From contig JBEWZL010000124.1 in the NCBI GenBank assembly GCA_045837725.1, positions 310,001 through 374,000 of the forward strand: a DNA stretch of 64,000 nt. Direction: 5' to 3'. Below the pieces are notes generated by a model, which saw only the letters and a program-made list of their open reading frames with translations, ran no database searches and was not told where the DNA came from. A program made the position numbers and the translations under genes. The DNA is from Vermamoeba vermiformis (lineage: Eukaryota). Numbering within the stretch: the stretch's first letter is position 1; each line of letters opens with the position of its first letter. Shown one piece after another: positions 23,101 through 37,571 of this stretch.

Positions 23101-26100
23101 ATGGCCACTAAAGAAAGTCCTAAAAGCCCGCGCGAGGCACCGAAGAGTCCTCGTGATGGTCCAAAGAGCCCTAAAGTTGATACTTGTACGATCTGATCAG
23201 TTTATGCGATTGACAACGGTAATTAATTCTATTTTTAGCTGGACCGTGCGCGCCATTATTTCAAGGATATTTAAGCAAAAAAGGAGGCAGCAAAGGAGGC
23301 AGAAGAAATTGGTAAGTAATCACGCAATTAATTATTTTTAATTGTGATCCTTGCTCGTTAATAATCCGCAGTAATCTATAGTAGAGCTTAGTAGTGTAAT
23401 AATATTTTGTCTATTAGGAAGAAGAGATATTTTGTTTTAACAGGGGATGATTTACGATACTATGAAAATTATCAGGTAAATATTTTTTAACGCCCGTGCG
23501 TATAAAATTGTTAATTATACAAAATCATATATATGACCGATACTATAATAATATATAGCCGATTTAGGCTCTTATTATTGAAATTTATTTAACATGACAC
23601 TTTGACATTTTAACGGATCTCGTTTCTGCAATTTCGAGTCACTAATGTTACGATATAGGCATTCATATCAAAACCTACTCAACCAAAAGGTGCAGTAGCA
23701 CTGCGATATTATGACAAGATTTTGGACAGTACCGAAACGAGCAATGACGCGCATCCGTTTTGCTTTGTGTTAGAAGCTGGCGAAAGGTAAAATTATTCTA
23801 TTATTATTTTAATATTTAATACTACTCGTTCATAATAATCCTTTATAATTTCTTCAATACGAAATTACTTCATGAAGTAATTTCCTGCCGCGGTATTAAT
23901 AGTCTCATGATGCATAGGAAGCTGTTTATGAGTTCAGCCGCTAGAATGAGCAAAGGCGAGTGGATAGACGCAATTGCATCCATCGGAGAAATGCACAAAT
24001 TTATGGTCGCGAAGACCGAAAGATCCAGCATTATGTTAGGCACCGTAGAAAATGGATTGATAGAAATCAGCTTTAAATTGCTAGAAAAAGTATCAATAGT
24101 AGTCTCTAATGTATATTCATTCGTAGATGAGGTAAGATAACGCTCGAAACAATAATTGAACATTTTGAATACAAAATCTATTTTTATAATTCGATTCGAA
24201 AGGGTCCGTTAGAACTCTTATATGAAAATAAGTCGTTAATATAACATATTGCATCATTAGGTCAACTCCAAAGACCCTAATGTTAGCAACATTTTGACTG
24301 TAGTCAAAGATCTGGGTCTCAGCACTTGTTTGTCGATGAGAGCCTTCTTGCGCGCAATCAAATTCGTTGGAGAATACAATCTACAAGCATGTCTATTGAA
24401 TGCTGATAAGATCATTGGCATATTAAGGAAGCTAGAAGAAGTGACGCGTACTGCCGTAGAAAAGGCCGCTCAAACTCAAAAAGTCTCATTAATTACAAAT
24501 ATGCTAGTACGTAATATTGATCATTTATATATACGCCACAAGATTGACTGTTTAATTAGGGCGTTAAAACATTGCTTTCAGAAGATCTGAAAAGAATTAC
24601 AAACTTGGCGCCAAGAAATCGAGCGCAATCTACAGACCGTCCATTGCCCAAAAAAGGAAAAGAGAAAGACCCTAATGTCGATAGCGCATTGGACGCACTG
24701 AGCGAGATGGCCTTTGATAACACATTGCAAGGCGGTCAAAACAATCCTTTGTACGGACATGATAGCGCGACCAATTCACCCATGGCAACGCGCAAGAAGA
24801 CCTTGTCGACACTCATTAACCTCGCCAATGCACACGTGGATGTGGCCAATGACACCGTCGAGTCCATGGAGAACACACTAAATCTGAATATGAGTCGTCA
24901 ACTGACCAACACACCGCGGTCACCTGGGCCGAGTCCAATGGCCTCACCGCGCCCGAACAATGGAGTCGTGGAGAACGGAGCGGGCAACAATACCAATGTA
25001 CAACCTGCCGCTGAGAACGGGGAGACCAAACCTGTTGAAGTGGATGGTGTTCCCGAGCCTGTATTCACGCACAGCAATGCCGCATATGGCGTGCAACTAC
25101 AACTAGACGGAACATTAGGTCCCAACAACACCTCTGCAAACACTACAGTTGAGCCAGTTAAGGCGACTACTCCGAGGACCCCACGTGCTCCCGAAAGCGA
25201 CATCAAAGCAGCTGACATCGAGTTATTGAAGCAAGATATTGGACTGCTAAGTCAGTTCTTGACTATTGGAAGTCCATTCGAGCCTAATGACGATGATCCC
25301 ATTGAAATGTTAGAAGAAAATGTCAAGCGAATCAGCATTAACGACGAGATATTAGACGAGGTTGATTTTGACCTCACAAAGCCCAAAGAAACAGCACCTG
25401 AAGTTCCAAAGCCTGTTGAAGAGCCTGTCTCCAATGGACCTGTCGATACTACTCCGGAGTCCAAGCCTGAAGATGATGAAGTCGGTGACAGCTCGTCCTC
25501 ATCAGAAGAATACGTCGAAGAGGAATCAGACGACGATGCTGTCATTAGTGTCATTGCCCCAAAGACACCGCGTGACATTGTACTACCGAGCATCGCGAAG
25601 GAACCAACGCCTGTTACGCAAGCAGCTGCTACCGAGCAACCTGCACCTGAAGAACCTGCGCAACAACCACAAGAACAGCCCTTTCGCAGTGGAGACCTCG
25701 TAAGGGGCGACTCGAGTGAGGTCTCACACACTGCTGCTGTGACGACGCAACAAACACAAGCTGAAACACCTGCCGTGGAGTCACCACCCCGCAGCACTCC
25801 TGTAGAGCAAGGTCCCCTCTCCAGCACTTCACAGAGCTCGCAATCAAGTGAGCGCTCGAGCGCCTCAGCGCCTAGGTCCTCTGAAGTCTCAGCACCCAAA
25901 CCTATTGTCGAGTACAAGGGCAATAACTCCTCGCCTTCCACGCCCAGAGGATTGGCTCAGATTGAAATCCCCAAGGTCCGCACGTCTTCGTTGAGATCTA
26001 AAGGCGATAGAATGCCTGACATTACATTCACAACACCTTCAAAGACTTCAGTTGGTGACGAAGGTCCGCTCTCAAGCACGTACACGCCAAGTGTCAAAGT

Positions 26101-26743
26101 GTCACTCACGACTGCAAACGATAAGCGTGCATCCTTTGCTGAAGAAGAGACAGATACCTTCAGACTGTCAATGACTTACGCGCCAGGTCAAAATCAGCTC
26201 GGTGCTAAGAAGACTGAAGCAAAAAGCTGGCGTCGTTCAACGAGGTTTTCGAGCCGCATCAGTGATCTATCTAACCGACAGCCCGAGGCTCAGACAACCG
26301 CATCTGTTCCATCTGCCAGTACTAGTGTAGAGAACAATACTAATGCCCCAAATAACAATAACAACGCGGACCAGCCCTTGCGACAACCAGCACTCAGCGA
26401 TGTTAGCAACCGAGCCATGAGCAAATCCAGCGGATACTTCATTAGCGTGGTCTATATTAATGGGCTGCACAGGTTGAATGTTGAAACACATCCTATGAGT
26501 CCATATTTGGACATTTTGGAAGAAGGTCGAACGGATGTGTTCATCTCGTTACAACGTGGAATCTACGCGGCTTGGAACAAACGAAAAGCAGCTGATAACC
26601 AAGAACCTCCTAAGGAAAATAATGTTAGTAATAATAATACTAATGACGAGGCTTCAAGTTCTAGCAGCAGCGATGAAAGCCAAAGCCAAAACAGTGGTGA
26701 GCCAAAAGATCCGTTGCATGAAGAAGAAAAGAAAGCAGAATGA
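23101..26743 (+). CDS. PH-domain protein with a helical region and a long Ser/Pro/Glu-rich disordered C-terminus
   Basis: Spliced FQGYLSKKGGSKGGRRNWKKRYFVL..LRYY..PKGAVAL..FCFVL..EWIDAI. Long final exon ~24560-26743. Confidence 0.85.
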
Positions 26744-26879
26744 AGTAAATTTTGTTTGTATAGTAGTATCCTTATAAACGCTCTTATTTATTAGAACGCC
26801 AAGTTCGGCTAAGCCCTGGTTTGTGTTCGATCCAGTTATTTTATTGCCAAAGTCTACCTGATCAACAACACTGCCGAAA

Positions 26880-28528
26880 ATGATGAAAGCATTGATTAAA
26901 CGAGATGCTAAGTCCTCATATGAACTCGTAGACCTTCCTATTCCCAAGCCTAAGGAAGACGAGATCTTAATTAAAGTCGAAAAAGTTTCAATTTGCGGCT
27001 CGGATATTCCCTTTATATAAATGGGACGAAACTGGCAAAAAAATTGCAAAATTGCCGTTCACTCCTGGTCACGAAATGTTTGGCACTGTATGTAAAGCTT
27101 GATAGTAATTTTTTAATTGATTTTTTTATTCACAAAATTCTTCACGACTTGTTATATCTTTAATTAAATATGAATGAGTATATTTAAATTTTGGTGAATA
27201 TAAATTGATAAAAAAATCATAGGTTGTTGAGGTTGGTGCTAAGGCAGCAGATTTCAAAGTGGGTGATCGCGTGTGCGTCGATACTCACTTGCCTTGTGAA
27301 GAATGCTGGCAATGCAAGAACGGCGTTAAGGTATTTATCAAATTAAATCCAATCGTTGCTAATCTAAAGAACACATCCGGCTTAACAAAATCTTTATCGA
27401 AAGGGTATTTGCGCTAATATGGGTCTGTTTGGTCATGGCGTCAAGACTGACCAAGGTGGCTGCTCGCAATATGCTACTGCTCCTATTAATGCTGTCTACA
27501 AGCTCAAGTAAGTAAACTTTTAGCGGATCCTCAGATTCGCTTCGGCCCTTACAAAAACTCACAAAAATTCATTCACAACAATAGAATATTATCACATATA
27601 ATATATACTGACTTTAGTACTAAGGACTGATTTGCCAGCTCGTTTGGCTTGTCTTTTGGAACCTTTCGGTGTGTCTCACAATGCCTGCGAAGACATCAAG
27701 CCTGAAGGCAGTGACATGTTGATTACTGGCTGTGGTCCTATTGGTCTGTTCGCTATTCCTATCGCCAAACAAATGGGCGCTACTAGAGGTAAGATCCGAT
27801 CCAGTACACGACGAGAAGATCTCAATTCTACGACCACTAATATGCTCTTTATAGTTACACCTTTGTATATACTAACTTATTGTACTATAGTCATTGCAGT
27901 TGATGTTGTCGATTACAGATTACAAAAGGCCAAGGAGGTTGGCGCGGATGTGGTCATCAATGCTAAGACTAAGGAAGAGCTCTACGATGCAATCATGAAG
28001 GAGACTAGTACGTACTATATACTCACCTTTGAAATCGATGCAGGTGGCTAATTAATTTTTCTACTCAGATGGCGTTGGTGTTGGTCGCTTGATCGAGTGC
28101 AGTGGTGCGCCAATGATCGTGAACAACTGCTTCTCACTGCTCAGAAAAGGTGGTCGCTGCGTATTGGTTGGTTTGCCTAAAGAACCGCTGCACGTGGACA
28201 ACGTGTTGGCTTCGTTCATTTTCAGATCCATCACTGGTAATTGATTTTCTTTCATTTATATTCCTGTATAATACTAATTGGTGCGATATATAGTCAAGAC
28301 TATTCACGGTCGTAAAATGTTCTCGACTTGGGAGCAATCTGAAGAGTTGTTGGCAAAGTAAGATCCCATCCACTTTTCGAGTCGGTCGTAACGCTTTATT
28401 TTAACAGGAACTTGGTGAATATTGATCCTATTGTTACGCATGAGTTCCCAATGACTAAATTTGAAGAGGCATTCAGTACCCTCTTCAGCGGCAATGCTTG
28501 CAAGATCGTGTTGGATCCGCAAGCTTAA
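26880..28528 (+). CDS. tdh: Zn-dependent L-threonine 3-dehydrogenase (MDR family, bacterial Tdh-like) with an apparent +1 frameshift near 27010
   Basis: ICGSDI, LYKWD, TPGHEMFG, CEECWQCKNG..IC, LLEPFG, GCGPIG, IHGRKMFSTW, DPIVTHEFP and ACKIVL motifs. Confidence 0.82.
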
Positions 28529-28755
28529 AAATTTTGCGCTTGTATTCTTAGGACTAATAAGACCTTATATGATTAGATAATGCTGAATTACTCACTTTAA
28601 GACAATTAACTGCTAGAGAACGAACGCCACCAAGCATTTTCCTAAAAAGGAAAGTAGGTTTTCTGAAAGCACGTGAGCAGAAAAATTCGAACGAAAATGT
28701 GAACGATTTTATTATTGTTATCCGAATCATATAGACAACATTATAGCCTATAATA

Positions 28756-29656
28756 ATGCGAGCTTCAATCCTTTGCTTCGTCATCGCATCTGTTTTGATC
28801 GCAGTTTGCGCCCAAACACCCACAAATCCAGTCGTCCCCAACCAATTTACTTGCAATAACTGCACCTACACATTCTCTTATGGTGGCGTGAAGTACTCTT
28901 CCCCTGGTCGCTGGTGGTAAGTTGTTATCTTTTTTGTAACGGATCAGACTGTTACGCTTCCGCAGATCGCTTTAAAACGCCCTACAAAATCGTTTAAAAA
29001 ATCGTGAACATCTATAACTTATATATGTTATCATTTAGCTGATTTCAACGCAGGTCTGCATTTTCTAATTTTTTTTGTACCAGGTACGACGCTGTTGCCA
29101 ATATGAACCGCCAAGACTACCTTGATAGCTCAAACGTTCAACTTGAATTCCTGGAAGCCATCGGCCTTACTGTAAGCAAGAATTTCTTTGCCAACGAAAA
29201 GCTAGATCGAACTATGAATCTGACCCGAAAAATTAATTTAGGGCACTGGCTACGTATGCTGGATCTATCCTAAGCTCACTCCTCCTACTTGCGCCACTTC
29301 CGACATTTTTGGTCCTATTTCTATTGATATTTTCAGCTCTTTTTACGCTGGCAGTGGTGCCTCGTACATCGGTAAGCTAACGTTTTCGCGGCCCTATTGT
29401 ACAATTACATATACTTACCAACACTTTATATACAGGTACTGAGAAGGTAGACGGCGTTCAGTGCGATCACTGGCAGGTCCCGGGTGAAGAGGAGACCTAT
29501 GACCTGTGGGTTCAATCGTCCAATGTGAACAATCCCATCAGATTGAAAGAGACTTCGTTCAAGGGCGATTACGTCATTATTGATATTCACCAACTCGTGC
29601 CCGGCAAGCCTCAAGCGGGTATCTTCAAAATTCCTTCTTTCTGCAAGACTAACTAA
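28756..29656 (+). CDS. Secreted ependymin-related (EPDR/LolA-fold-like) protein
   Basis: Signal peptide, then PVVPNQF..GRWWYD..YIGTEKVDGVQCDHW..NPIRL..IFKIPSFC, a typical EPDR-like layout. Confidence 0.7.
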
Positions 29657-29866
29657 TAGCTATCAATTGGATTCCGGGCACCTGAATAAAAATGCTGATC
29701 TGATCTAGGTCGTGTCTAACTTTCGCTTTATTCTTTTGACGTTGATTCCAACCTCCATTCTCTAATAGTGTGATCGTGGCGTGCAAGGCTCCTATAACCA
29801 TTTGTTTTGCAAAAGCAGCACGGTTTTTATTTCGATGCCAAGAAAAATAGTCTATACTCAAATAGT

Positions 29867-31919
29867 CTACACGTCACACTTTGTCGGCATTTTCATGAAT
29901 ATCGAGCCATTAATTATGATAACTTGATCGTAAGCAACGTGCAGCGATTCAACTGGCACCTGTTGAGTTTGAGCGAGTGGATGGAACGTGGATCCGATCA
30001 GTCGAGCTGTCTCCCAATGGAATGCCTATCAGTTATAAACATCACATTAGCACTGTATGAACGCAACACTGATCGTGTATCATTGCTCACGTGAACGAAT
30101 TGAGAATCAGCAACGAACAAAAGTTTCTCGGACTTGTTGAATGTCATTGCACGCACGTCATTCGGACACACCATACGACTCGTCCATCGATTCATTTGCA
30201 AGTCAAACACTGTGATCTTCTTGCCTGACGCCAGCACGATCTTGTCTATATCATTGATGGTTAGTTCATTGATCATAGTGAAGTAACATGACGCACTCTT
30301 TTTGGGTATCCACATTCGTTTCCGAACGATACCCAGTTTGAACTGATGTGCAAAGTTGTTCAGGTCGACGATGCGAGTGTATTGGCCCATATCAAAGCAC
30401 AGCCAGTGGTACTCATCGATCACGTGCTCGCTGAAGTTTGTGGCCAACACTTCTTTCTCATTTTTGAATTTGATGCAGTTTGTTTCATTCAATCCTTCAC
30501 CTGCCGTCCATATAGCTAGTTTAGGATAACACACGTAATGGCCTGTTGACTTCTTCTCATCTGGCTCGCGTAACATGAATACAATCTTCTCGGGCACGAG
30601 TTGCGATGCAAATACTCCGAGCACTCCGAAAGGCGTGTTGATCGTGTGATCTTTGCATCTCTGGACTTTTTCTAGCCAAATTGAGTATGACCTTCGGTAC
30701 CGCAACGGGTGATTCTCGTCCCTATGTATAACTATTAGTCATGAATGATGCTTTCATCGAATGTCCAACTCACTTTATCTCATTAGCGTAATTCCGTTGC
30801 CACACGATGTCCTTCGATTGGTCTTTGAAGCACGGCATCACGTGGCTGCACGTGCTTTGAAAATCAAAAATCTCGTGCTTGACTGATTGCTGCTGGTAAT
30901 ATCGCCGCGTGTCAGCCACCACTGCATAGCGTGAATTGAAAGAGCCAATGTAAGAAGGAAACTCTTCCCAAGGACGCGATTTGTCGTTAGCTTTGAGCAC
31001 AGTGCCGCATTGAGTCACGTGATGCTCAGCTGGGCTCTGTGTAGCCATGTGTTCGCAGTCGTACAAACTCCACTTCTTGTCAGCCTCAACTAGAAACTTT
31101 CCTTTGCCTAATTAGGACATGTCAGCTACAGATGCATAACTCTATTTTAACAATATTACCATTTGAGGCCAGCAATTTGTACTGCGACTCAATGAACTCG
31201 AACGTGTTAGGATAACGAACGCGAGGAAATAGCCATTGTCTGTCTTGTGGTATAACTGGATCGCGTCTCATATGTACGATTTTTCCCGCCATTCTGTACC
31301 GATAAAATCGATTAATATCATCGTTGAAAAGCGCGTTAGATCCAGCCTTACTTGACATCCACACTAAAAGTTCGAGTGTGAATGTACTGGCGACTAGGAC
31401 CGAGTTCGATAGGCCCCACTGCTTTGAACTGCTTTTGGGGTACTTCGTAGGTGAGTTGCGTTGAAGGAAAGGTTCTAACAAAGCAGATCGGGTTAAATTT
31501 CAATTCTCGAAGAATTGAGTGATTCTTACTTGGACCATCGATGTCCTTTGCGCAAAGATATAAACTACATCTCAAAATTAGATGACTATGAAGAAATATT
31601 TGGTTTGGTACGTACGAGTGGTTTCCATTCGAAGTTTTGAGTCAGATCGACATTCTTCGGCGATAATGCACCAAAAAAATGCTCCGACATCTTCTTCCAC
31701 ATTTCCTTAGCCTCAAAATAAGCATTCCACGACTTACATACTAGTGTGACGTAAACAGTATCTTCGAGAGACAAGAACGAGAAAACTAGCTCTGCGATCT
31801 CAGGAGGCAAAATGTCTTCGAAGAAATTCCATGCTAAAAAGATGAGTAGTATTAGTACTGATAAGAATTGTCCAACGCAGGTAAATAGAACGGCTTGTAC
31901 CTTCGAGTTCCTTTGCCAT
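29867..31919 (-). CDS. F-box protein with a putative beta-propeller C-terminus (tandem copy 1, intact)
   Basis: F-box FEDILPPEIAELVFSFLSLEDTVYVTLVCKSWN..EMWK. The exons splice in frame to TAG at 29867. Confidence 0.82.
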
Positions 31920-32223
31920 CTGGCTTAGGTTTTCGACTCGAGCTTCAGCTGTGGCTATCAGTTATGATCTGAACTTAAAATGACCGAAAATACTCTTTTA
32001 AACACGAAAATGAGCACAAAATAGTACACAACCCGAAGAATTGCCTCCACAAATTTCCTAATCAAATAATTTTAATTCTTTCAAACGAAAGATATCATCA
32101 TTGTTATTCACTGGTAAGACTTCATTACCTACTTTATATAAACTGCTCCAGATCGCATTTCAGAAGCGGGATCTACTAATTGTTTGAACATCAAATCCGC
32201 GACGATTACTGACGCTTTTGATC

Positions 32224-34322
32224 TACACGTCGCACTTTGGCATCTTCATAAATATTCTACCATTAATTACAATGACCTGATCGTAGGAAATGTGAAGTGA
32301 TTGAACCAAGGCTGTCCTTGAGCGAGTGGATGTAGAATGGATGAGATCAGTCGAGCTGTCTCCCAATGAAATGCCTATCAGTTATGGTTAATACCTCATA
32401 TTCATGAGCATATTATGACTTACATGCACGAATTGCGAATCAGCAACGAACAAAAGTTTCTCAGACTTGTTGAATGTCATTGCACGCACGTCATTCGGAC
32501 ACACCATACGACTCGTCCATCGATTCATTTGCAAGTCAAACACTGTGATCTTCTTGCCTGACACCAGTACGATCTTGTCTATATCATTGATAGTTAGTTC
32601 ACTGATCATAGTCAAGCGGCATTACGCACTCTTTTTGGGTATCCACATTCGTTTCTGAACGAGATCCAGTTTGAACTGATGTGCAAAGTTGTTCAAATCG
32701 ACGATGCGAGTGTATTGGCCCATATCAAAGCACAGCCAGTGGTACTCGTCGATCACGTGCTCGCTGAAGTTTGTGACTTCTATGGCACTGTCATGTTTGA
32801 ATGCAAGACTATCCTTTTCGTTCAGACCTTCACTAGATGTCCATATAGCTAGTTTAGGATAGAACACGTATCGTCCAACTGACCTCTTCTCATCTGGCTC
32901 GCGTAACATGAAGACAATCTTCTCGGGCACAAGTTTTGATGCAAATACTCCGAGCACTCCGAACGGTGTGTTGAGCAAGTGGTCTTTGCATCTGTGTTTG
33001 TCAGAACGTAATTTGGAGCAATTATTGTTATAATTAACTTACAAGATTGCTCCTGTACGAAGCCGTTCGAATTTCTTTTGTTGCTGCGGGTCTTTGTACA
33101 AAGGTTTCACGTGACTGCACGTGCTTTGCAAATCAAAAATCACGTGGCGTACTGGCCTCTTGACGAAGAACATCGTAGTGTTTGCCTACAGGAACTACAG
33201 TGAGTTTAACGAACGTAAAGGTAGCGCCGACTGATGTGGTACCAGAACAACAAAGCGTGAATTGAAGGAACCAAGATCGGCAGGAAACTCTTCGTGAGGG
33301 TTTTCAACGGCCGTAACGAGGTTGTTTACTAAGATCGGAGTTTCAGGCAGCAATTTGAGTTGAATCACGTGGTGGTCAGTGAAGGGAGTGGTTACGAAAT
33401 GTTCACAGTCGTACAAATACCACGCTTTGCGGGCAGGGTACTCCTCGAACAAGAACTTGCCTTTACCTAATTAGGAAGTGTTATCCATGAAGCAGTGAAT
33501 ATCGACTCCATAAATAAATGAACTTGCCATCGGCATTCAAAAGTCTTTGGTAAGACTCTCCAACAAGATAATCACATTGGGCTAACCATTGTCTGTCGTG
33601 AAGTGTGATTGGCTCTCGCTTCATATGCACGATTTTTCCCGCCATTCTGTAAACGCGGATTAATAACAACATCTCGTGTTAGACACAGCTTCGATATCGT
33701 GTCATTTCCTGAATCCAGCCTTACTTGAGGTCCACACTGTAAGCTCGAGTATGAAGGTACTGGCCACTAGGACCGATCTCAGGTAGCCCAACTGTTTGCA
33801 CTTGATAGGGAACTTCATAGCTAGTGTGCGTCGTTGAAAAAGATCTAAAAAAATGCGGTTATTTTCTAACATACAATACAATTCCAAAGAACAATTCTTA
33901 CTTGGACCAGCGATGAGCATTATACAAAGCAAAGAACTATATTAATAGTATTATCAATATTAGGACAGATTAGATGTTAACGCACGATTCGTTTCCAACG
34001 GAAGTTCTGAGTCAGATCGACATTCTTCGGCGATATTTCGCCATAATAATGCTCTGATATCCTCTTCCAAATATCTTTGGTGTCAAAATAGATATTCCAC
34101 GACTTGCAAACGATGGAGACGTAAACAATATCTTCGAGAGACAAGTACGAGAAAACGAGCTCTGCGATCTCAGGAGGCAAAATGTCTTCGAAGAAATTCC
34201 ACGCTGTAAATATATATTTACGTTAGAGCACTATTAGACAATCAATAATTAAATATTATTTGGCAGAATCGAAATTAATTAAAAATATACTGAAGAAAAT
34301 TACCTTCACCCTCATTCTCCAT
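32224..34322 (-). pseudogene. F-box protein tandem copy 2, disrupted or C-terminally truncated
   Basis: Paralog of copy 1. In-frame TAA at 32622-32624 where copy 1 has TCA, plus indels near 32310 and 32240. Confidence 0.7.
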
Positions 34323-34760
34323 TGGAAGTCTTATATACGATATATTGCTGTCTGCTACTATGATTATAATTACAAATGACGCTAATGACCGCAAAATTTT
34401 TTATGAGAACAAAAATAGAATGGCACGTGTCTCGACCGAGTACTGCAGCCATATTTGTAAGCTTACTTACTTTAAAAACGCACTTAACATTCATCTTTAG
34501 GAACAAGCTACCGATTATGATAACCTGATCCAAACTGACTCGCTAATGTCGGGAACACGTGTCGTCTGTGCAACGGAATCCCATCGATAGGATAGTAGCA
34601 ATACAATAAGTTGTTTGAAATAATAAATATATGGACACGTTAATGAAGGGGGAGAAAATAAAGAGGGAGAAACAAATATAAAAGAGAGAATTAGGAATGG
34701 GGCGATGAAGTCAAAAAGAAATGTCAAGTTGTTTATCAATCTCGTATTATTTAATTAGTA

Positions 34761-37571
34761 TTATACATCTCTCTCATTGCGCAGCGGTACAATCGAGCAA
34801 TTGCCATCCCCAGACAGTTGCAACTTGACAGAATGATATTTCTCCAGCTGTAATTGAACGCATAAGACAATATATTCGAAAAATATTAGTACTTACTGAA
34901 GGTCTATGCGCGACACTAATAATCGTTATGCCTGCTGCTTCACATGCCTCCATACACCGTGCTTCCGTGTCCAGATCTGATTTTTGAAATTTCCGATTAG
35001 TCTAACCGGTTAACATTACTTGATATAATTCTTACCTAATGCACTAGTAGCCTCGTCCAATATGACAAATGTAGGCTTATGGAAGAGAAGTCGAGCGAAT
35101 CCAAGGCGTTGAACTTCACCGGGACTCAACACGTCTTCCCATTGTGCAACCTCGTCCAAATCAAACCTATAACGATAATATTATAATTACGTATAGTTAA
35201 GTATTTTTATGAAGTCACGTACTTTCGCAAAACTTGATCGAGACCAACCACGTGTAAAAGCTCTCGCAAGTGTTCGTTGCTCGCGTGCGACTCTTTATCG
35301 TCATTTGGATATAGAATTTGTTGCTCTAAGTGAGCCTAACACTATGTAGGACCTAAAATAAGGTGTTATAAGTCCGAAAATACGTAGATCCAATCCAGTA
35401 CGCGTACTTTTGAGGCAAGTAAAATATTTTGTTAGTTGCAGCTGGTCGCGTAATAGTACCCAGTGCAGGTGTCCAGAGACCACTAATAGTTCTTAACAAT
35501 GAGCTCTTGCCGATACCACTGGATGCAGATGGGGTCAAATAAACGCCTACATTAGAGTGTTTGAATTAACGCTACCTAGGTCCAGTGATGACAACGTTTT
35601 TTCCTTTGTTGATGGCTAGCGTAAGATCCTTAATAAGCGTGATTCCCTTTGGTGAAACAACGTGTACGTGATCCATAGAAATTTCATCGAAAGGAGTAGT
35701 CATCGTATTAGCTTCTTTTGATTGTTTCTTGGAATCGACGTAAGTGCATGCTTCAACCAATTGACCTAATTTCATATTAATTTATTTTCTTCTCTCTAGA
35801 AAAAAAAATTCGTACCAACACGATGGATGTAGCCAGCAAAAATTCCAAGCGTCGCAATCAACCCCGGAATGGCCATTAAAACTTCTAATAATGATCGAGT
35901 AGCTATGCACATGTTAATATCAGCAGTTTAGCGTGCTTCTAGTGATTACCAGCCGCTTGAGACATTACGCCAGAGCTCGAAAAAGTGCAGCTTTTATCTC
36001 TATAAAGCGTTAAAAGAATCGCTATACAATATGTTAATACAACAGCAAGAGATATATGAGCAGATAGTCTTACGTATATAAGGAAAGATAGCGGATCCAC
36101 CAGACATGAACGAGTCCGCTAGGCCTAATGGAATCAACATGCCATATAGTCGTTTTTGTGACGTAAAAAGATCGTCGAATCTCTGTTATAAATACGAATA
36201 TTCAATAATCAAGACAAGTAATGATAAATCTGTTTTTGTAAGGCGGATGTCACTTACCTCGTCCAAGATCTCTTTTTCTCGTGATTCTCCGCCAAAAAAT
36301 GCAATCGACTCAGCATATGTTCTGACGCGCACTTGAGCATATCGGAAAGACCCTTCAAATTGTTCAATTTTGTACTGTTGTTTCGGGATGCGCATTGACA
36401 ACAATACTTTGATGACTGTAGCAAAGACAAATAACCTAAAATATGCATATTTAATTCCACAAAATCTGGAATATCAAATTCATCAAACAAGACGTACCCG
36501 TAGGGAGTAACAATGCCGATCCAGCCTTGGGCAGTGAGCGCTATCATTGTAAAGATGACGATGCTGACTGCATATTATAATATGTTAGATACTAAGGTAC
36601 ATTGATGATCAGAGGTACTTACGAATCATGCCAAGAATAGCAAGGACGAGCTGATCCCCGATCAACGTTTGAGCGAACAATTGAGTATCGGCAGCAATAC
36701 GCTGATCAATGTTATCCTAGTAGTAATGCGCGTTAGAGGGTGTAATATATAGATTAACGAAACACAAATACGATATAACGTACCAAGTTCAAGTCCATGC
36801 CGACCAGATCGTAAAGCAATTTTTTGTTCATTATATCGTTCTGAAGCTTTGAAGTAATGTTCTTTCGAACATTTATATTCGCAATGTTACCTAGCATATA
36901 TTGGTGGTCAATTAGGAAGTTAAGTTATTTTGACCGATCTAGATCTTACTGCAGTAGGTACTAAAAGTTTGGAGTACTACCATGGCCCCCATAATTGCCA
37001 TAAGCCATCCACCTGCTATTAAAGCTTGCATAGCCGGATTATCTTTGTATTCCGGGTTTGGGCAATCACAAGTCAACGAGCAAACAAATTGACCGAACTA
37101 AATTTATACGACCGTTAGCCAGAAAGTTAGAAAAAATATAATATTATAATATTATAATACTGATCGTTGTAAATGGAACGCAGATATTCATAATTTGATC
37201 AGTACTTTGGATAAATATATAATAAATTGACAGGGAACGGAACCGGCTTTTACTTACCAAAGCAGGGAAAAGCCCATTTATTAGCGATTTCACGATAGTA
37301 AAGATAATAGCAAAGTACATCGAAATACTTGCAGCTGAAACCGGCGATCGAAATCCGATCTTAAGCAGAGTAAAAAATCGACCCCAAACGCCCCTTGCAT
37401 CTAAATCACGCAATCGTTAGTTCCACATTTTATTTACTCGCGTGACTCACCTGGATTATAGTCGGAATAAAAGCGGTTGAGGAGATCGTTGTCAGATTTG
37501 ATCGAAGAATACTCCGACCTAGACTTCGATCTGTTTCTAATCTGCGTATCAATGTAGATATTGTTATCCAT
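34761..37571 (-). CDS. ABCD-family half transporter
   Basis: [34 protein letters not shown] (EAA-like), [39 protein letters not shown] and SVAHRP motifs. Confidence 0.93.
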
